DNA of 64,000 nt from positions 1-64,000 of the forward strand of contig JBBDMM010000009.1 of NCBI GenBank assembly GCA_040878325.1, in the 5' to 3' direction. Both the position numbers and the translations under genes were made by a program. Below, piece by piece: positions 17,492 to 26,993 of this stretch. This stretch comes from Acidimicrobiia bacterium (GTDB lineage Bacteria; Actinomycetota; Acidimicrobiia; Spongiisociales; UBA11373). The notes beneath the pieces were generated by a model. The model was not told the DNA's origin, did no database searches, and was given only the letters and a program-made list of their open reading frames with translations. Within the stretch, counting starts at the first letter, position 1; the number at the start of each line of letters is the position of its first letter.

Positions 17492-18858
17492 ACGTCGACG
17501 ATCTCGTCAGACTGGCCGCTGAGGCCCTGAAGATGCCCGAGAGCATGGTGCGCCAGTCCGCCGAGGCTCGCTCGAAGGCAACCGGCCGCACCGTCGAGGA
17601 GCTTCTCGGCGAATGGGCCGGAGTCGATCCCGCCTCCGAGGCGCCAACGAGGGTCGAAACACCGGCTGCGGCCCCTACTCCTTCGGCCGGTGCGCCTGCT
17701 CCCGCGGCTGCGCCCGCGCCCGCCGCCGTGGCTGCCGCGCCGCCGGTCGATGCCGCCGACCTGCTGACGAAAGCGGCCGCTGCCCAGGGTCTGCCCGAGG
17801 CCATGACCAAGCGCTCCGCCGCCGCTCGCGCCAAGGAGGAAGGCAAGACCACCGAAGAGATTCTCGCTGAGTGGGCCGGGGTCGAGGTGGCGGCCGGCGC
17901 GGCAGCCCCGACGCCTCCGGCGGCTGAAGCCACCCTGGTGGCGGCTGCCGCCCCCGCCGCGTCCGAGGGGGAAGCCCCTCCGGCGGCAGCGCCTGCCGCG
18001 CCGGCGGTCGATGCGGCCGATCTGCTGGCGAAAGCGGCCGCGGCCCAGGGTCTGCCCGAGGCGATGACCAAGCGGTCGGCCGCGGCTCGCGCCAAGGCGG
18101 AAGGCAAGACCCCCGAGCAGGTTCTTGCCGAGTGGGCCGGAGTCGAAGCGCCGGCCGCCGGTGCGGCCCCGGCGCCACCCGCCGTCCCCGCGGCGGCGGC
18201 CTCGGCCCCTGCAGCCGCCGAGGCTCCGGCGGCCGAGATCGAGGTCATCGCCGAGGAATCCGAGGCCGCCGTCGTCGAGACCGACCGGAGGCCGGAGCGG
18301 GAGTTGGTGACTCCTTCGGGTGCCTTCCCCCGTTGGCTCGCCGCACTGTTTGTGGCGGTCCCGATGTTTGCCATCACCTATGCGTCATTCCTACCGAACG
18401 GCCCCAATTGCGGCGACGCCGGCAGCCTGGAGGTCGACCCGGTGACCGGGATCGCCGTCAACTGCGACGGATCGGAGTTCGGCCAGGACGAGGTCGACTT
18501 CTTCGCGATCGGTGCCGAGGTGTACGGAGCCCTGTGTGGGGCGTGTCACGGTCCCGCTGGCGACGGCGGTGTCGGCCCCTCGTTCATCGACGGGAATCTG
18601 CTCGAGACCTTCCCGGAGGGGAGCTGCGCGACCCACATCGAATGGGTGACGCTGGGCTCTGACGGGTGGCCCGACCCGACCTACGGGGCCAACAACAAGC
18701 CGGTCGGTGGGTTGGGCGTGGTCATGCCGGCGTTTGGCACCCAGCTGTCAGAACAGGAGCTCCATTCGGTGGTGCTCTACGAGCGGGTCCAGTTCGGCGG
18801 TCTGCCGCTGGAGGGCACCGTCGCCGATTGTGGGCTGGAGGAGGGGTCGGCCGGGTAG
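17488..18858 (+). CDS. Monoheme cytochrome c with three N-terminal repeat modules and Ala/Pro linkers
   Basis: CGACH, VMPAFG, one TM helix; repeated KRSAAARAK..LAEWAG modules; ATGA overlap with upstream gene. Confidence 0.85.
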   Translation: MNVDDLVRLAAEALKMPESMVRQSAEARSKATGRTVEELLGEWAGVDPASEAPTRVETPAAAPTPSAGAPAPAAAPAPAAVAAAPPVDAADLLTKAAAAQGLPEAMTKRSAAARAKEEGKTTEEILAEWAGVEVAAGAAAPTPPAAEATLVAAAAPAASEGEAPPAAAPAAPAVDAADLLAKAAAAQGLPEAMTKRSAAARAKAEGKTPEQVLAEWAGVEAPAAGAAPAPPAVPAAAASAPAAAEAPAAEIEVIAEESEAAVVETDRRPERELVTPSGAFPRWLAALFVAVPMFAITYASFLPNGPNCGDAGSLEVDPVTGIAVNCDGSEFGQDEVDFFAIGAEVYGALCGACHGPAGDGGVGPSFIDGNLLETFPEGSCATHIEWVTLGSDGWPDPTYGANNKPVGGLGVVMPAFGTQLSEQELHSVVLYERVQFGGLPLEGTVADCGLEEGSAG

Positions 18859-18878
18859 GTCGGCCGAAGCCGGCCTGG

Positions 18879-18954
18879 CGCGATTCGCAATACGCGATTC
18901 GCAATACGACAGACTCGAACACCCGGTTCCCGGCTCTCCGAATCGCGTATCGCG
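18879..18954. repeat. Heptamer array (CGCGATT/CGCAATA alternating) with inverted partner; possible bidirectional terminator
   Basis: 18879-18908 and 18939-18954 between convergent genes. Confidence 0.7.
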
Positions 18955-18956
18955 CC

Positions 18957-19964
18957 TTAGACCAGGCCCGCAATTGCCCTTATCGCCTCTTCCACGTCCT
19001 TCGCGCTGACGCCGAGATGCGTCACCAGGCGGATGCGGCCGGCTACCGGGGCGGCGCGGACTCCGGCTTTTCCCATCGAGGCGACGAAGATGTTGATGTC
19101 GGTGCCGGCGGGTGGCCGAAAGAACACCATGTTCGATTCCGGTTCCTCGACGGTGAGGCCGAGTTCGATGAGCGCCTCGGCCAGTCGTTGGGCGTTCCTC
19201 TGGTCGCTGGCGAGTTCCTCGATGTTGTGCTCGAGCCCGTAGAGCGCCCCGGCGGCAAGGATGCCCGATTGCCTCATCGCCCCCCCATACAGGTACTTGA
19301 AGCGATTGGCCGCGGATATGAACTCGCCCGACCCGGCGATGGCGGCGCCCCCAGGCGCCCCCAGGCCCTTTGAGAAGTCGATCCATATGGCGTCCACTGG
19401 CGCTGCCCACTTGGCGGCCGGGATCCCGGTTGCGGCCACCGCGTTGAGGACTCGGGCACCATCGGTGTAGACCGCCGCGCCGAAGTCGCGGGCGGCGGCG
19501 CAGACCGCCTCGTATGTGTCGATGGGCCACACCGTGCCGCCGCCGAAGTTGTGAGTCTGCTCTAGTGAGACCAGCGAGGTCCGCGGTTGATACACGCTTC
19601 CTTTGTTGAGAACGGCCGCCAGTTGGTCCGGGGTGAAGTGGCCCCGTTCGGTGATGATCGGTTCGAACACCACCGCCGAAAGAATCGCCGGTCCACCCCC
19701 TTCGAAGCGGTAGACGTGGGCCCGGTGATCGCACACGACGGCGTCGCCGGCGCGAGTCAGCGCCGAGATCGCCACCTTGTTGCACATCGACCCGGTGGGG
19801 AGAAAGAGCGCAGCCTCCTTGCCGAGCAGGGCGGCCACCCGTCCCTCGAGCCGCCGGGTGGTGGGGTCCTCCCCGAGCTGCTCGTCACCCACCTCGGCTG
19901 CCGCCATCGCCTGACGCATCCCGGCCGAGGGAAGAGTGTGGGTATCGGAGAAGAGGTCGATCAC
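18957..19964 (-). CDS. ltaE: Low-specificity L-threonine aldolase family
   Basis: DLFSDT, EVGDEQLGEDPT, LEQTHN, DGARVLNA, FSKGLGAPGG, GGAMRQSG. Confidence 0.88.
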   Translation of the reverse strand: MIDLFSDTHTLPSAGMRQAMAAAEVGDEQLGEDPTTRRLEGRVAALLGKEAALFLPTGSMCNKVAISALTRAGDAVVCDHRAHVYRFEGGGPAILSAVVFEPIITERGHFTPDQLAAVLNKGSVYQPRTSLVSLEQTHNFGGGTVWPIDTYEAVCAAARDFGAAVYTDGARVLNAVAATGIPAAKWAAPVDAIWIDFSKGLGAPGGAAIAGSGEFISAANRFKYLYGGAMRQSGILAAGALYGLEHNIEELASDQRNAQRLAEALIELGLTVEEPESNMVFFRPPAGTDINIFVASMGKAGVRAAPVAGRIRLVTHLGVSAKDVEEAIRAIAGLV

Positions 19965-19992
19965 GAGTCGCACGTTAGAACCGCGCGTCCTG

Positions 19993-20030
19993 TCTTGGCT
20001 CTTGGCTCTTGATTCTTGGCTCTTGACTCT
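19993..20030. repeat. Heptamer array TCTTG(GC/AT/AC) x5
   Basis: Direct reading, between divergent genes. Confidence 0.85.
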
Positions 20031-20047
20031 CTGTAGCCTCCCCACTC

Positions 20048-21286
20048 ATGTTGTCTCCTGAAATCCTCGTCGTCGGCGGTGGTCCTGCAGGGACCGCGGC
20101 GGCGTATTGGCTGGCTCGGGCGGGACACGAGGTGCTGGTGGTCGAGAAGAAGGAGTATCCCCGGGAGAAGACCTGCGGGGATGGGCTGACCCCGCGGTCG
20201 ATCCGACAGCTGATCGACATGGGCTTCGACTTCGAAGTCACCGAATTTCACCGGGTCAACGGACTGCGGGCGTACTCCTCGGAGCTGATGATCGAGATGC
20301 CTTGGCCCGAGCACCCCACTCTCCCGGCGTGGGGTGGAGTCATCCGGCGCTCCGATCTCGACATGCAGCTGGCCGCCCTCACCGAGAAGCAGGGCGTCGT
20401 GGTTCGCCAGAACACCACCGCCACCCCGATCGTCGAGGCGGGCCGCATCGCCGGGGTCGACCTTGCCACCAACGGCGATGTCGATCGGGTCGAACCCCGC
20501 TTCGTCGTCGTCGCCGACGGCTCGCTTTCCCGCTTCGGCCGGGCACTCGGAGCGGTGCGTGACAAGGGTCGGCCCTATGGCCTGGCGGCGCGGGCGTATT
20601 ACTCGAGCCCGATGGCCGACGACGGCTTCATGGAGAGCCAGTTGGACCTACGCGATGCGGAGGGCACCACGATCCCCGGCTACGGCTGGGTGTTCCCGAT
20701 GGGCGACGGTTCGGTCAACATCGGGGTGGGGGTGCTTTCGACATTCCATCGGTGGAAGTCGGTCAATACCTCCAACCTCATGGATGCGATGGTCGCCTCC
20801 GCCCCTGAGCATTGGGGACTGACCGGCGACTCGAAACTCACCGACCCCCGCGGAGGCAAGCTCCCGATGTCTTTCTCGGTGGGCCCCCTTGTGGGCAGCA
20901 ACTGGTTGCTTGTCGGCGACGCTGCCGGCGCGATCAACCCCTTCAACGGCGAGGGGATCGCTTACGCCTACGAGACGGGACGAATGGCGGCCGGTCACCT
21001 CGGTCGCGCCATCGAGCAGCGAGACGGCTCGTTGATCTGGGGCTACCGCGATCAAGTGGTCGACGAGTACGACCTCTACTACCGGGTCGCCCGGGCGTTC
21101 GTCAGGTTGATCGGCCAACCGGGGGCGATGCGCATCCTCACCCGCACCGGTCTGCGGAATCGGACGCTGATGGAGTGGGTGCTCCGGGTGATGGCCAACA
21201 TCCTCCGCCCCGACGAACGCCACCTCGCCGAGACGGCGTACGGGATGATTGAGCGGATCGTGCGGGTGGGGCCGGATCCCTGGTAG
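20048..21286 (+). CDS. Geranylgeranyl reductase family, probable menaquinone reductase (MenJ-like)
   Basis: GGGPAG, PREKTCGDGLTPR, GYGWVFP, GDAAGAINPFNGEGIAYA; upstream of nuoA as in other actinobacteria. Confidence 0.85.
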   Translation: MLSPEILVVGGGPAGTAAAYWLARAGHEVLVVEKKEYPREKTCGDGLTPRSIRQLIDMGFDFEVTEFHRVNGLRAYSSELMIEMPWPEHPTLPAWGGVIRRSDLDMQLAALTEKQGVVVRQNTTATPIVEAGRIAGVDLATNGDVDRVEPRFVVVADGSLSRFGRALGAVRDKGRPYGLAARAYYSSPMADDGFMESQLDLRDAEGTTIPGYGWVFPMGDGSVNIGVGVLSTFHRWKSVNTSNLMDAMVASAPEHWGLTGDSKLTDPRGGKLPMSFSVGPLVGSNWLLVGDAAGAINPFNGEGIAYAYETGRMAAGHLGRAIEQRDGSLIWGYRDQVVDEYDLYYRVARAFVRLIGQPGAMRILTRTGLRNRTLMEWVLRVMANILRPDERHLAETAYGMIERIVRVGPDPW

Positions 21287-21340
21287 GTCCCGGGTCGGTA
21301 GCGATCGGTCTTGGACCCGCGTCGGCGCGCACGCGGGGTC

Positions 21341-21513
21341 CGCTGCCCCCTCCGCCTCGCTTCGCTTCGGCACCTCCCCCGGAGTACCGGGGGAGGACGC
21401 TGCCCCCTCCGCCTCGCTTCGCTTCGGCACCTCCCCCGGAGTACCGGGGGGAGGACGCGCTGCCCCCTCCGCCTCGCTTCGCTCCGGCACCCCCCCGGAG
21501 TACCGGGGGAGGA
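21341..21513. repeat. Three tandem 56-60 bp REP-like palindromic units
   Basis: CGCTGCCCCCTCCGCCTCGCTTCGCTTCGGCACCTCCCCCGGAGTACCGGGGGAGGA starting at 21341, 21398, 21458. Confidence 0.9.
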
Positions 21514-21546
21514 CGCTCTTGCGGGAAGCGAGCGCGACTCGGGGGG

Positions 21547-21556
21547 NNNNNNNNNN
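21547..21556. other. Assembly gap
   Basis: 10 N bases. Confidence 1.
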
Positions 21557-21590
21557 CTTCCGCCGGCCCCGAGCGACTCGAACCGACCGC

Positions 21591-21992
21591 CTACGCGATT
21601 ATCAGTCCCTGGACGTAGATCGAAATCGCCGCGGCGAGGGCCACGAACAGCAGGTCGATGACGTAGGCATTCATCTTGTAGTTCATCCACACCACCGCCG
21701 AGTACATCATTGACCCGATCAGCAGGACGCCGATGACGAGCCCACCAAAGACCAGGGCTTGCTCGATGTCGTCGAGTGGGGTGGTGTAAGCGATGCCGAT
21801 GTTGAACACGAACGAGTACAAGAAGGTGCCAACCAACTTGCTTGTCTCCGGCCTGCCCGACGCCACCGGCTGACCGGTCGCCGCGGACCACTTCTTGCCG
21901 AACAGTGGTCCGTACCACAGCCAACCGAACACCATGATGGCGACGGCCCCCGCCAGCACAGCGAGCCAGTCGATTTCCCCGAGATAGTCGAA
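21591..21992 (-). CDS. DUF1761-like membrane protein, start codon unclear
   Basis: IDWLAVLAGAV..GWLWYGPLFGKKW; upstream of FDYLG the frame runs into heptamer arrays. Confidence 0.65.
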   Translation of the reverse strand, partial: FDYLGEIDWLAVLAGAVAIMVFGWLWYGPLFGKKWSAATGQPVASGRPETSKLVGTFLYSFVFNIGIAYTTPLDDIEQALVFGGLVIGVLLIGSMMYSAVVWMNYKMNAYVIDLLFVALAAAISIYVQGLIIA

Positions 21993-22051
21993 GCCGGCAG
22001 CCGGCAGCCGTCTCTCTTCTTGCCGGTAGCGGGCAGCGGGTAGCGGGCAGC
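21993..22051. repeat. Heptamer arrays (GCCGGCA x2.5; GG(T/C)AGCG x4)
   Basis: Direct reading. Confidence 0.75.
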
Positions 22052-22141
22052 CCCCACACCGCCGGTCTCCGGTACCCCCCGGTTTCGGACGATCGCTCAA
22101 CCTCTTCTAATCTCGGGCCGACCGCGAACCTTTGGAAGGCC

Positions 22142-22561
22142 ATGACGCTGAGCGCCTACCTCCCGATCGCATTGATGTTCATCCTGGTGGTGGGGTTTGC
22201 CGGTGTGTCGATGGTGTTGAGCCGGGCAATCGCCCCTCACAACCCGACGCCGGCCAAACTCGATCCATACGAGTGCGGCATCGTTCCGTTGCAGGAGCCC
22301 GTGCAACGGTTCCCGGTGAAGTTCTACGTCGTGGCGATGCTGTTCGTGATCTTCGACATCGAGATCGTTTTCCTCTTCGCGTGGGCAGCCCGCTTCGTCG
22401 ACCTCGGGTGGTACGGGATCGCCGCCGTGGGAATCTTCACCCTTCTGCTGGTCGAGACGCTGGTCTACGTGTGGAAGCGGGGCGCCCTCGATTGGAACGT
22501 CCCGCATCGGGCGCGCTACCGGCGTGTGGTGGCCGTCGACGCCGCGAGGGAGGCGGCCTAG
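22142..22561 (+). CDS. nuoA: NADH-quinone oxidoreductase subunit A
   Basis: PYECGI, FYVVAMLFVIFDIE. Confidence 0.95.
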   Translation: MTLSAYLPIALMFILVVGFAGVSMVLSRAIAPHNPTPAKLDPYECGIVPLQEPVQRFPVKFYVVAMLFVIFDIEIVFLFAWAARFVDLGWYGIAAVGIFTLLLVETLVYVWKRGALDWNVPHRARYRRVVAVDAAREAA

Positions 22562-23035
22562 ATGGCTCGCCCGTCGGCGCCGCCGAATTTCCTCACGGCG
22601 GTACTGGGCAAGGCCGTCGGCTGGGCCCGAACCCGCTCGATGTGGCCCGCATCCTTCGGACTGGCGTGCTGTGCGATCGAGATGATGGCCACCGGGGCCG
22701 CCCACAACGACCTGGCCCGCTTCGGCATGGAGGTCTTCCGAGCCTCTCCCCGCCAGGCCGATCTGATGATCGTCGCCGGCCGGGTGTCACAGAAGATGGC
22801 CCCGGTTCTCCGCCAGGTGTACGACCAGATGGCCGAACCCAAGTGGGTCATTTCGATGGGGGCTTGTGCTTCCACGGGCGGCATGTTCAACAACTACGCG
22901 TTGGTGCAGGGGGTCGATCAGGTGGTTCCGGTCGACGTGTATGTGCCCGGATGCCCGCCCGGACCGCAGGGACTGATCCACGGGATCCTCACGCTGCAGA
23001 ACCGCATCAGCGCGGGGGAGTACGCGATCCGATGA
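22562..23035 (+). CDS. nuoB: NADH-quinone oxidoreductase subunit B
   Basis: [22 protein letters not shown]. Confidence 0.96.
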   Translation: MARPSAPPNFLTAVLGKAVGWARTRSMWPASFGLACCAIEMMATGAAHNDLARFGMEVFRASPRQADLMIVAGRVSQKMAPVLRQVYDQMAEPKWVISMGACASTGGMFNNYALVQGVDQVVPVDVYVPGCPPGPQGLIHGILTLQNRISAGEYAIR

Positions 23036-23514
23036 CGACACCCTCGCTCGACTCGATGTACGAGGACCTGGCGTCGCGATTCGAGTCGGCCGGGTTCGGC
23101 GACTCGAAGGGGCAGGTGATCGTCCGGGTGCCGTCGGCCGATCTGGTCGGCTTCGTCGACGCCGCCAAGGACGTCGGGTTCCGGATGTTCATCGACCTAT
23201 GCGCGGTGGACTACCTACATCGCGACCCTCGATTCGAGGTGGTCATCAACCTGCTGTCGATTGATCCGCCGGCACGGGTTCGCATCCTGGTCGGGGTGCC
23301 CGCCGGCGAATCCGTGCCGTCGATCACCGGCGTCTTCCCGGGGGCCGACTTCTACGAGCGGGAGGCGTTCGACCTGTTCGGAGTCCAGTTCGAGGGGCAC
23401 CCCGACTTGACCCGGATCCTCCTGCCCGACGACTGGGAGGGGCATCCCCTTCGCAAGGACGTGCCGGTGGGGTCCGTGCCCGTGCAGTTCAAGGGGACGC
23501 ACCGGGTCTCATGA
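23032..23514 (+). CDS. nuoC: NADH-quinone oxidoreductase subunit C
   Basis: [25 protein letters not shown]. Confidence 0.95.
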   Translation: MTTPSLDSMYEDLASRFESAGFGDSKGQVIVRVPSADLVGFVDAAKDVGFRMFIDLCAVDYLHRDPRFEVVINLLSIDPPARVRILVGVPAGESVPSITGVFPGADFYEREAFDLFGVQFEGHPDLTRILLPDDWEGHPLRKDVPVGSVPVQFKGTHRVS

Positions 23515-24938
23515 GCAAACCTCCCGACATCATCACCGGCGACACCGAAGCGCCGGAAATCGCCGAGGCTGCCAAGCAGGGGCTGGTGACGCCGGCTTCG
23601 GAGCGCCGCGTCACTCACGATCTCTGGCTGAGCGGCACCGAAGCCCCCACCGGCACCGGCCGCTTCACCGATGAGGGCGCCCAGGAGATGTTGCTCGACG
23701 AGGGTCCGGAGGTGCTCGCCGGGCAACGGGGCACCCTGGTGGTCGACGACTACGGCGATGACGCGGTCTCGGACGAGGTCACCCAGATCATCAACATGGG
23801 TCCGCAACATCCGGCGACCCATGGGGTGCTTCGCCTCCACTTGGAACTCGAGGGCGAGACGATCAAGCGGGTGAAGCCGATCATCGGTTACCTGCACACC
23901 GGCATGGAGCGCACCGCCGAGGCCCTCACCTACATGCAGGGGCCCACCAACGTCACTCGCATGGACTACCTGTCGCCGTTTCACAATGAACTGGCGTTCT
24001 CGCTGGCAGTAGAGCACCTGCTCGATCTGGAGATCCCGCCTCGGGCGCAGACCATCAGAATCCTGATGACCGAGCTCAACCGGGTGGCCAGCCATCTGCT
24101 GTGGGCGGCCACCACGGGACTCGACCTCGGCGCTCTCTCGATGATGATCTACGGGTGGCGGGAACGCGAGGCGGTGCTGGCATTCTTCGAGAAGACCACG
24201 GGCCTGCGGATGAACCACAACTACATCCGTCCCGGCGGGGTCGCCGCCGATCTTCCCGACGGGTGGGAAGAAGACGTGGTTTCGATCGAGAAGACCGTGT
24301 TGGCCGGCCTCACCGACTACGAGGGCCTCCTCATGGGAAACCCTATCTTCATCGAGCGCACCCAGGGCGTGGGGGTGCTCACTCCGGCCGAATGCTTCGC
24401 CTTCGGGGTGACCGGCCCGATGGCCCGGGCGTCGGGCATCGACTTCGACCTCCGCAAAGCATTCCCCTACTCAGGGATCGAGAACTACGAGTTCGAGGTT
24501 CCCACCGCCCAGCACGGCGATGTGTACGACCGGTTCATCGTGCGGTTCGAGGAGATCAGGCAGTCGCTGCGGATCGTCCGCCAGGCGGCGGAAGCGATGC
24601 CGCTCGGCGACACCCGCACCGAGGATCGCAAGGTCACCCCGCCCCCTCGCGCCCGGATCGACCAGTCGATGGAGGCTCTCATCCATCACTTCAAGATCTT
24701 CACCGAGGGCTTCAAGGTTCCGGCGGGCGAGGTGTACCAGGCCGTCGAGTCGCCGCGCGGGGAGCTGGGGATGTACCTGGTGTCCGACGGCAGCGCCAAG
24801 CCGTGGCGCCTCCACGTCCGCGGCCCATCCTTCGCCCACGTCCAGGCCCTCCCCGCAATGCTCACCGACTCCCTGATAGCCGACACCATCGCCGCCCTCG
24901 CCAGCGCCGACCCCGTGATGGGGGATGTGGATCGATGA
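23511..24938 (+). CDS. nuoD: NADH-quinone oxidoreductase subunit D (N-terminal extension)
   Basis: NMGPQHPATHGVLRL, ESPRGE, MGDVDR. Confidence 0.96.
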   Translation: MSKPPDIITGDTEAPEIAEAAKQGLVTPASERRVTHDLWLSGTEAPTGTGRFTDEGAQEMLLDEGPEVLAGQRGTLVVDDYGDDAVSDEVTQIINMGPQHPATHGVLRLHLELEGETIKRVKPIIGYLHTGMERTAEALTYMQGPTNVTRMDYLSPFHNELAFSLAVEHLLDLEIPPRAQTIRILMTELNRVASHLLWAATTGLDLGALSMMIYGWREREAVLAFFEKTTGLRMNHNYIRPGGVAADLPDGWEEDVVSIEKTVLAGLTDYEGLLMGNPIFIERTQGVGVLTPAECFAFGVTGPMARASGIDFDLRKAFPYSGIENYEFEVPTAQHGDVYDRFIVRFEEIRQSLRIVRQAAEAMPLGDTRTEDRKVTPPPRARIDQSMEALIHHFKIFTEGFKVPAGEVYQAVESPRGELGMYLVSDGSAKPWRLHVRGPSFAHVQALPAMLTDSLIADTIAALASADPVMGDVDR

Positions 24939-24944
24939 GAAGGA

Positions 24945-25094
24945 AGTCTCCAGTCTCCAGTCTCCAGTCTCCAGTAGGAAGGGTCGAGGGGTGGTGGCCT
25001 TCCGCCTTCCGCCTTCCGCCATCCGCAAGAAGAAGCGCGTCGATCGGGCCTTTCCGGTGTCTGACTGGGGACTGGGGACTGGAGACTGGGGACT
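24945..25094. repeat. Composite heptamer element: AGTCTCC x4 / CCTTCCG x4 / GACTGG(G/A) x4
   Basis: Outer arrays are inverted complements; between nuoD and nuoE. Confidence 0.92.
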
Positions 25095-25098
25095 TCTC

Positions 25099-25710
25099 AT
25101 GACCTGGTCCCCCGCCACCGTCGAACGCGCCGAGGCGATTGTTTCGCTCTACCCGAACCCGCGGTCTGCCGTGATGCCGCTCCTTTATATGGCGATGCAT
25201 GAGGAGGGGCGGCTCACCGACGAAGGGATGCAGGAGGTGGCCAGGTGGACCGGGGTTTCTTCCGCCCAGGTGCTGGCGGTGGCTTCCTTCTACACCATGT
25301 ACAAGCAGCATGTGGGGCGCCACCTGGTGTCGGTGTGCCGGTCGATCTCCTGCCATCTGCTCGACTCCTCGGCGGTGATCGATGCGGTCGCCGACGAGGC
25401 GGGGGTGCCTGCGGGCGAGACGGCAGCGGACGGCTCGATCACGGTGGAGACGGTCGAATGCATCGGGGCGTGCGGCGGAGCTCCGGCGGTCCAGGTGGAT
25501 TACGAGATGGTCGAAGGCGTGACCCCTGACAAGGCACGGGCCCTGGTGCGATGGCTGCTCGACGAGCGCCCTGAGACGGTGCGGTCGGACGATCTGCAGG
25601 AACGGTTCGGAGGAGCCCGCTCCTTCGACTGGGGACCAGCCGACTCCGCTGAGGCGGTGGGGCCCTTCCCGGCCTACGGGCCTTACGGCACCGTGGGAGG
25701 CTCAAGATGA
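25099..25710 (+). CDS. nuoE: NADH-quinone oxidoreductase subunit E
   Basis: ASFYTMY, CRSISC, ECIGAC. Confidence 0.93.
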   Translation: MTWSPATVERAEAIVSLYPNPRSAVMPLLYMAMHEEGRLTDEGMQEVARWTGVSSAQVLAVASFYTMYKQHVGRHLVSVCRSISCHLLDSSAVIDAVADEAGVPAGETAADGSITVETVECIGACGGAPAVQVDYEMVEGVTPDKARALVRWLLDERPETVRSDDLQERFGGARSFDWGPADSAEAVGPFPAYGPYGTVGGSR

Positions 25711-26993
25711 TCGAGTCTCTCCTCACGTCACGGATGGACGCCCATCCCGCCGATTCGCACACCATCGCCCGGTACGAGGCGACCGGGGGGTATGAGGCGC
25801 TGCGCAAGGCGCTCAAGATGAAGCCGGAGGAGATCGCCGCGGAGGTCAAAGCCTCGAACCTCGCCGGCCGGGGCGGAGCCGGGTTTCCCACCGGCGTGAA
25901 GTGGGGTTTCCTCGCCCCGGCGACTCCCCGCTACCTGGTGATCAATGCCGACGAGTCCGAGCCCGGCACCTTCAAGGACCGGCAGTTGCTCGAGCGCGAT
26001 CCCCATCAGTTGGTCGAAGGCATCGTCATCGCAGCTTACGCACTGAACGCCAACCGCGCCTTCGTGTACATCCGCGGCGAATATCCCCGGCCCGCCCGCC
26101 GTCTGCACGCTGCGATCGAGGAGGCGCGCACCGCCGGATACATCGGCGACGACGTGCTCGGCAGCGGCTTCGCCCTCGAGGTGACGATTCACCTCGGCGC
26201 CGGGGCGTACATCTGTGGGGAGGAAACCGCCCTGCTCAACAGCCTCGAGGGGTTGCGGGGGGAGCCGCGGATCAAGCCCCCGTTCCCGGCGGTGGCCGGC
26301 CTATACGCCCAGCCGACGATCGTCAACAACGTCGAGACGATCTCGAATCTCCCCTGGATCGTCACTCACGGGGGGGCCGCCTACGACGCCATCGGTCCCG
26401 AGGGCTCCCGTGGCACCCGGCTCTTCTCGGTGTCCGGTCATGTCGAGCGCCCCGGCAACTACGAGATCGTCATGGGGATGTCCTGGCGCGATCTCATATA
26501 CGACGTGGGCGGCGGGGTGCGCGGAGGCAAGGCCCTCAAGTGCTGGATCCCCGGCGGGGCGTCGGCCCCGTGGCTGACCCCGGAGCACCTGGACGAACCC
26601 ATCACGATCCAGGCGTGTACCCGGCTCGGCACCATGCTCGGCTCCGGGGGGATCGTGGTGATGGATGAGACCACCAACGTGGTCGCGGCCGCGCTCAGCC
26701 TGGTGCGCTTCTTCGCCCACGAATCGTGTGGCAAGTGCACCCCATGCCGGGAAGGCACCTCGTGGCTGGAGCGGATCCTCGAGCGGATCCTCCACGGCCA
26801 GGGCCGGATGTCCGATCTCGAGCTACTGCTGGATGTCAGCGACAACATCAGCCCCGGACTGCGGTGGCCGCCGACGATGACCACGATCTGCCCGCTGGGA
26901 CCTTCGGCCGTGTCGCCGATCACTTCGATCATGGCGAACTTCCGCGACGAGGTGGTGGCGATGATCGGCGGGGAGGTGCCGGCCGGTGTCTGA
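25707..26993 (+). CDS. nuoF: NADH-quinone oxidoreductase subunit F
   Basis: GRGGAGFPTG, GAGAYICGEET, ESCGKCTPCREG. Confidence 0.96.
   Translation: MIESLLTSRMDAHPADSHTIARYEATGGYEALRKALKMKPEEIAAEVKASNLAGRGGAGFPTGVKWGFLAPATPRYLVINADESEPGTFKDRQLLERDPHQLVEGIVIAAYALNANRAFVYIRGEYPRPARRLHAAIEEARTAGYIGDDVLGSGFALEVTIHLGAGAYICGEETALLNSLEGLRGEPRIKPPFPAVAGLYAQPTIVNNVETISNLPWIVTHGGAAYDAIGPEGSRGTRLFSVSGHVERPGNYEIVMGMSWRDLIYDVGGGVRGGKALKCWIPGGASAPWLTPEHLDEPITIQACTRLGTMLGSGGIVVMDETTNVVAAALSLVRFFAHESCGKCTPCREGTSWLERILERILHGQGRMSDLELLLDVSDNISPGLRWPPTMTTICPLGPSAVSPITSIMANFRDEVVAMIGGEVPAGV

Noticed and set aside
21341..21513. CRISPR array
   Set aside because: Units are contiguous with no unique spacers and no cas genes are present
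24925..25098. N-terminal extension of NuoE (and similar ORF-track extensions of Rex, LtaE, HisC)
   Set aside because: These are read-throughs of intergenic heptamer arrays; better starts exist downstream
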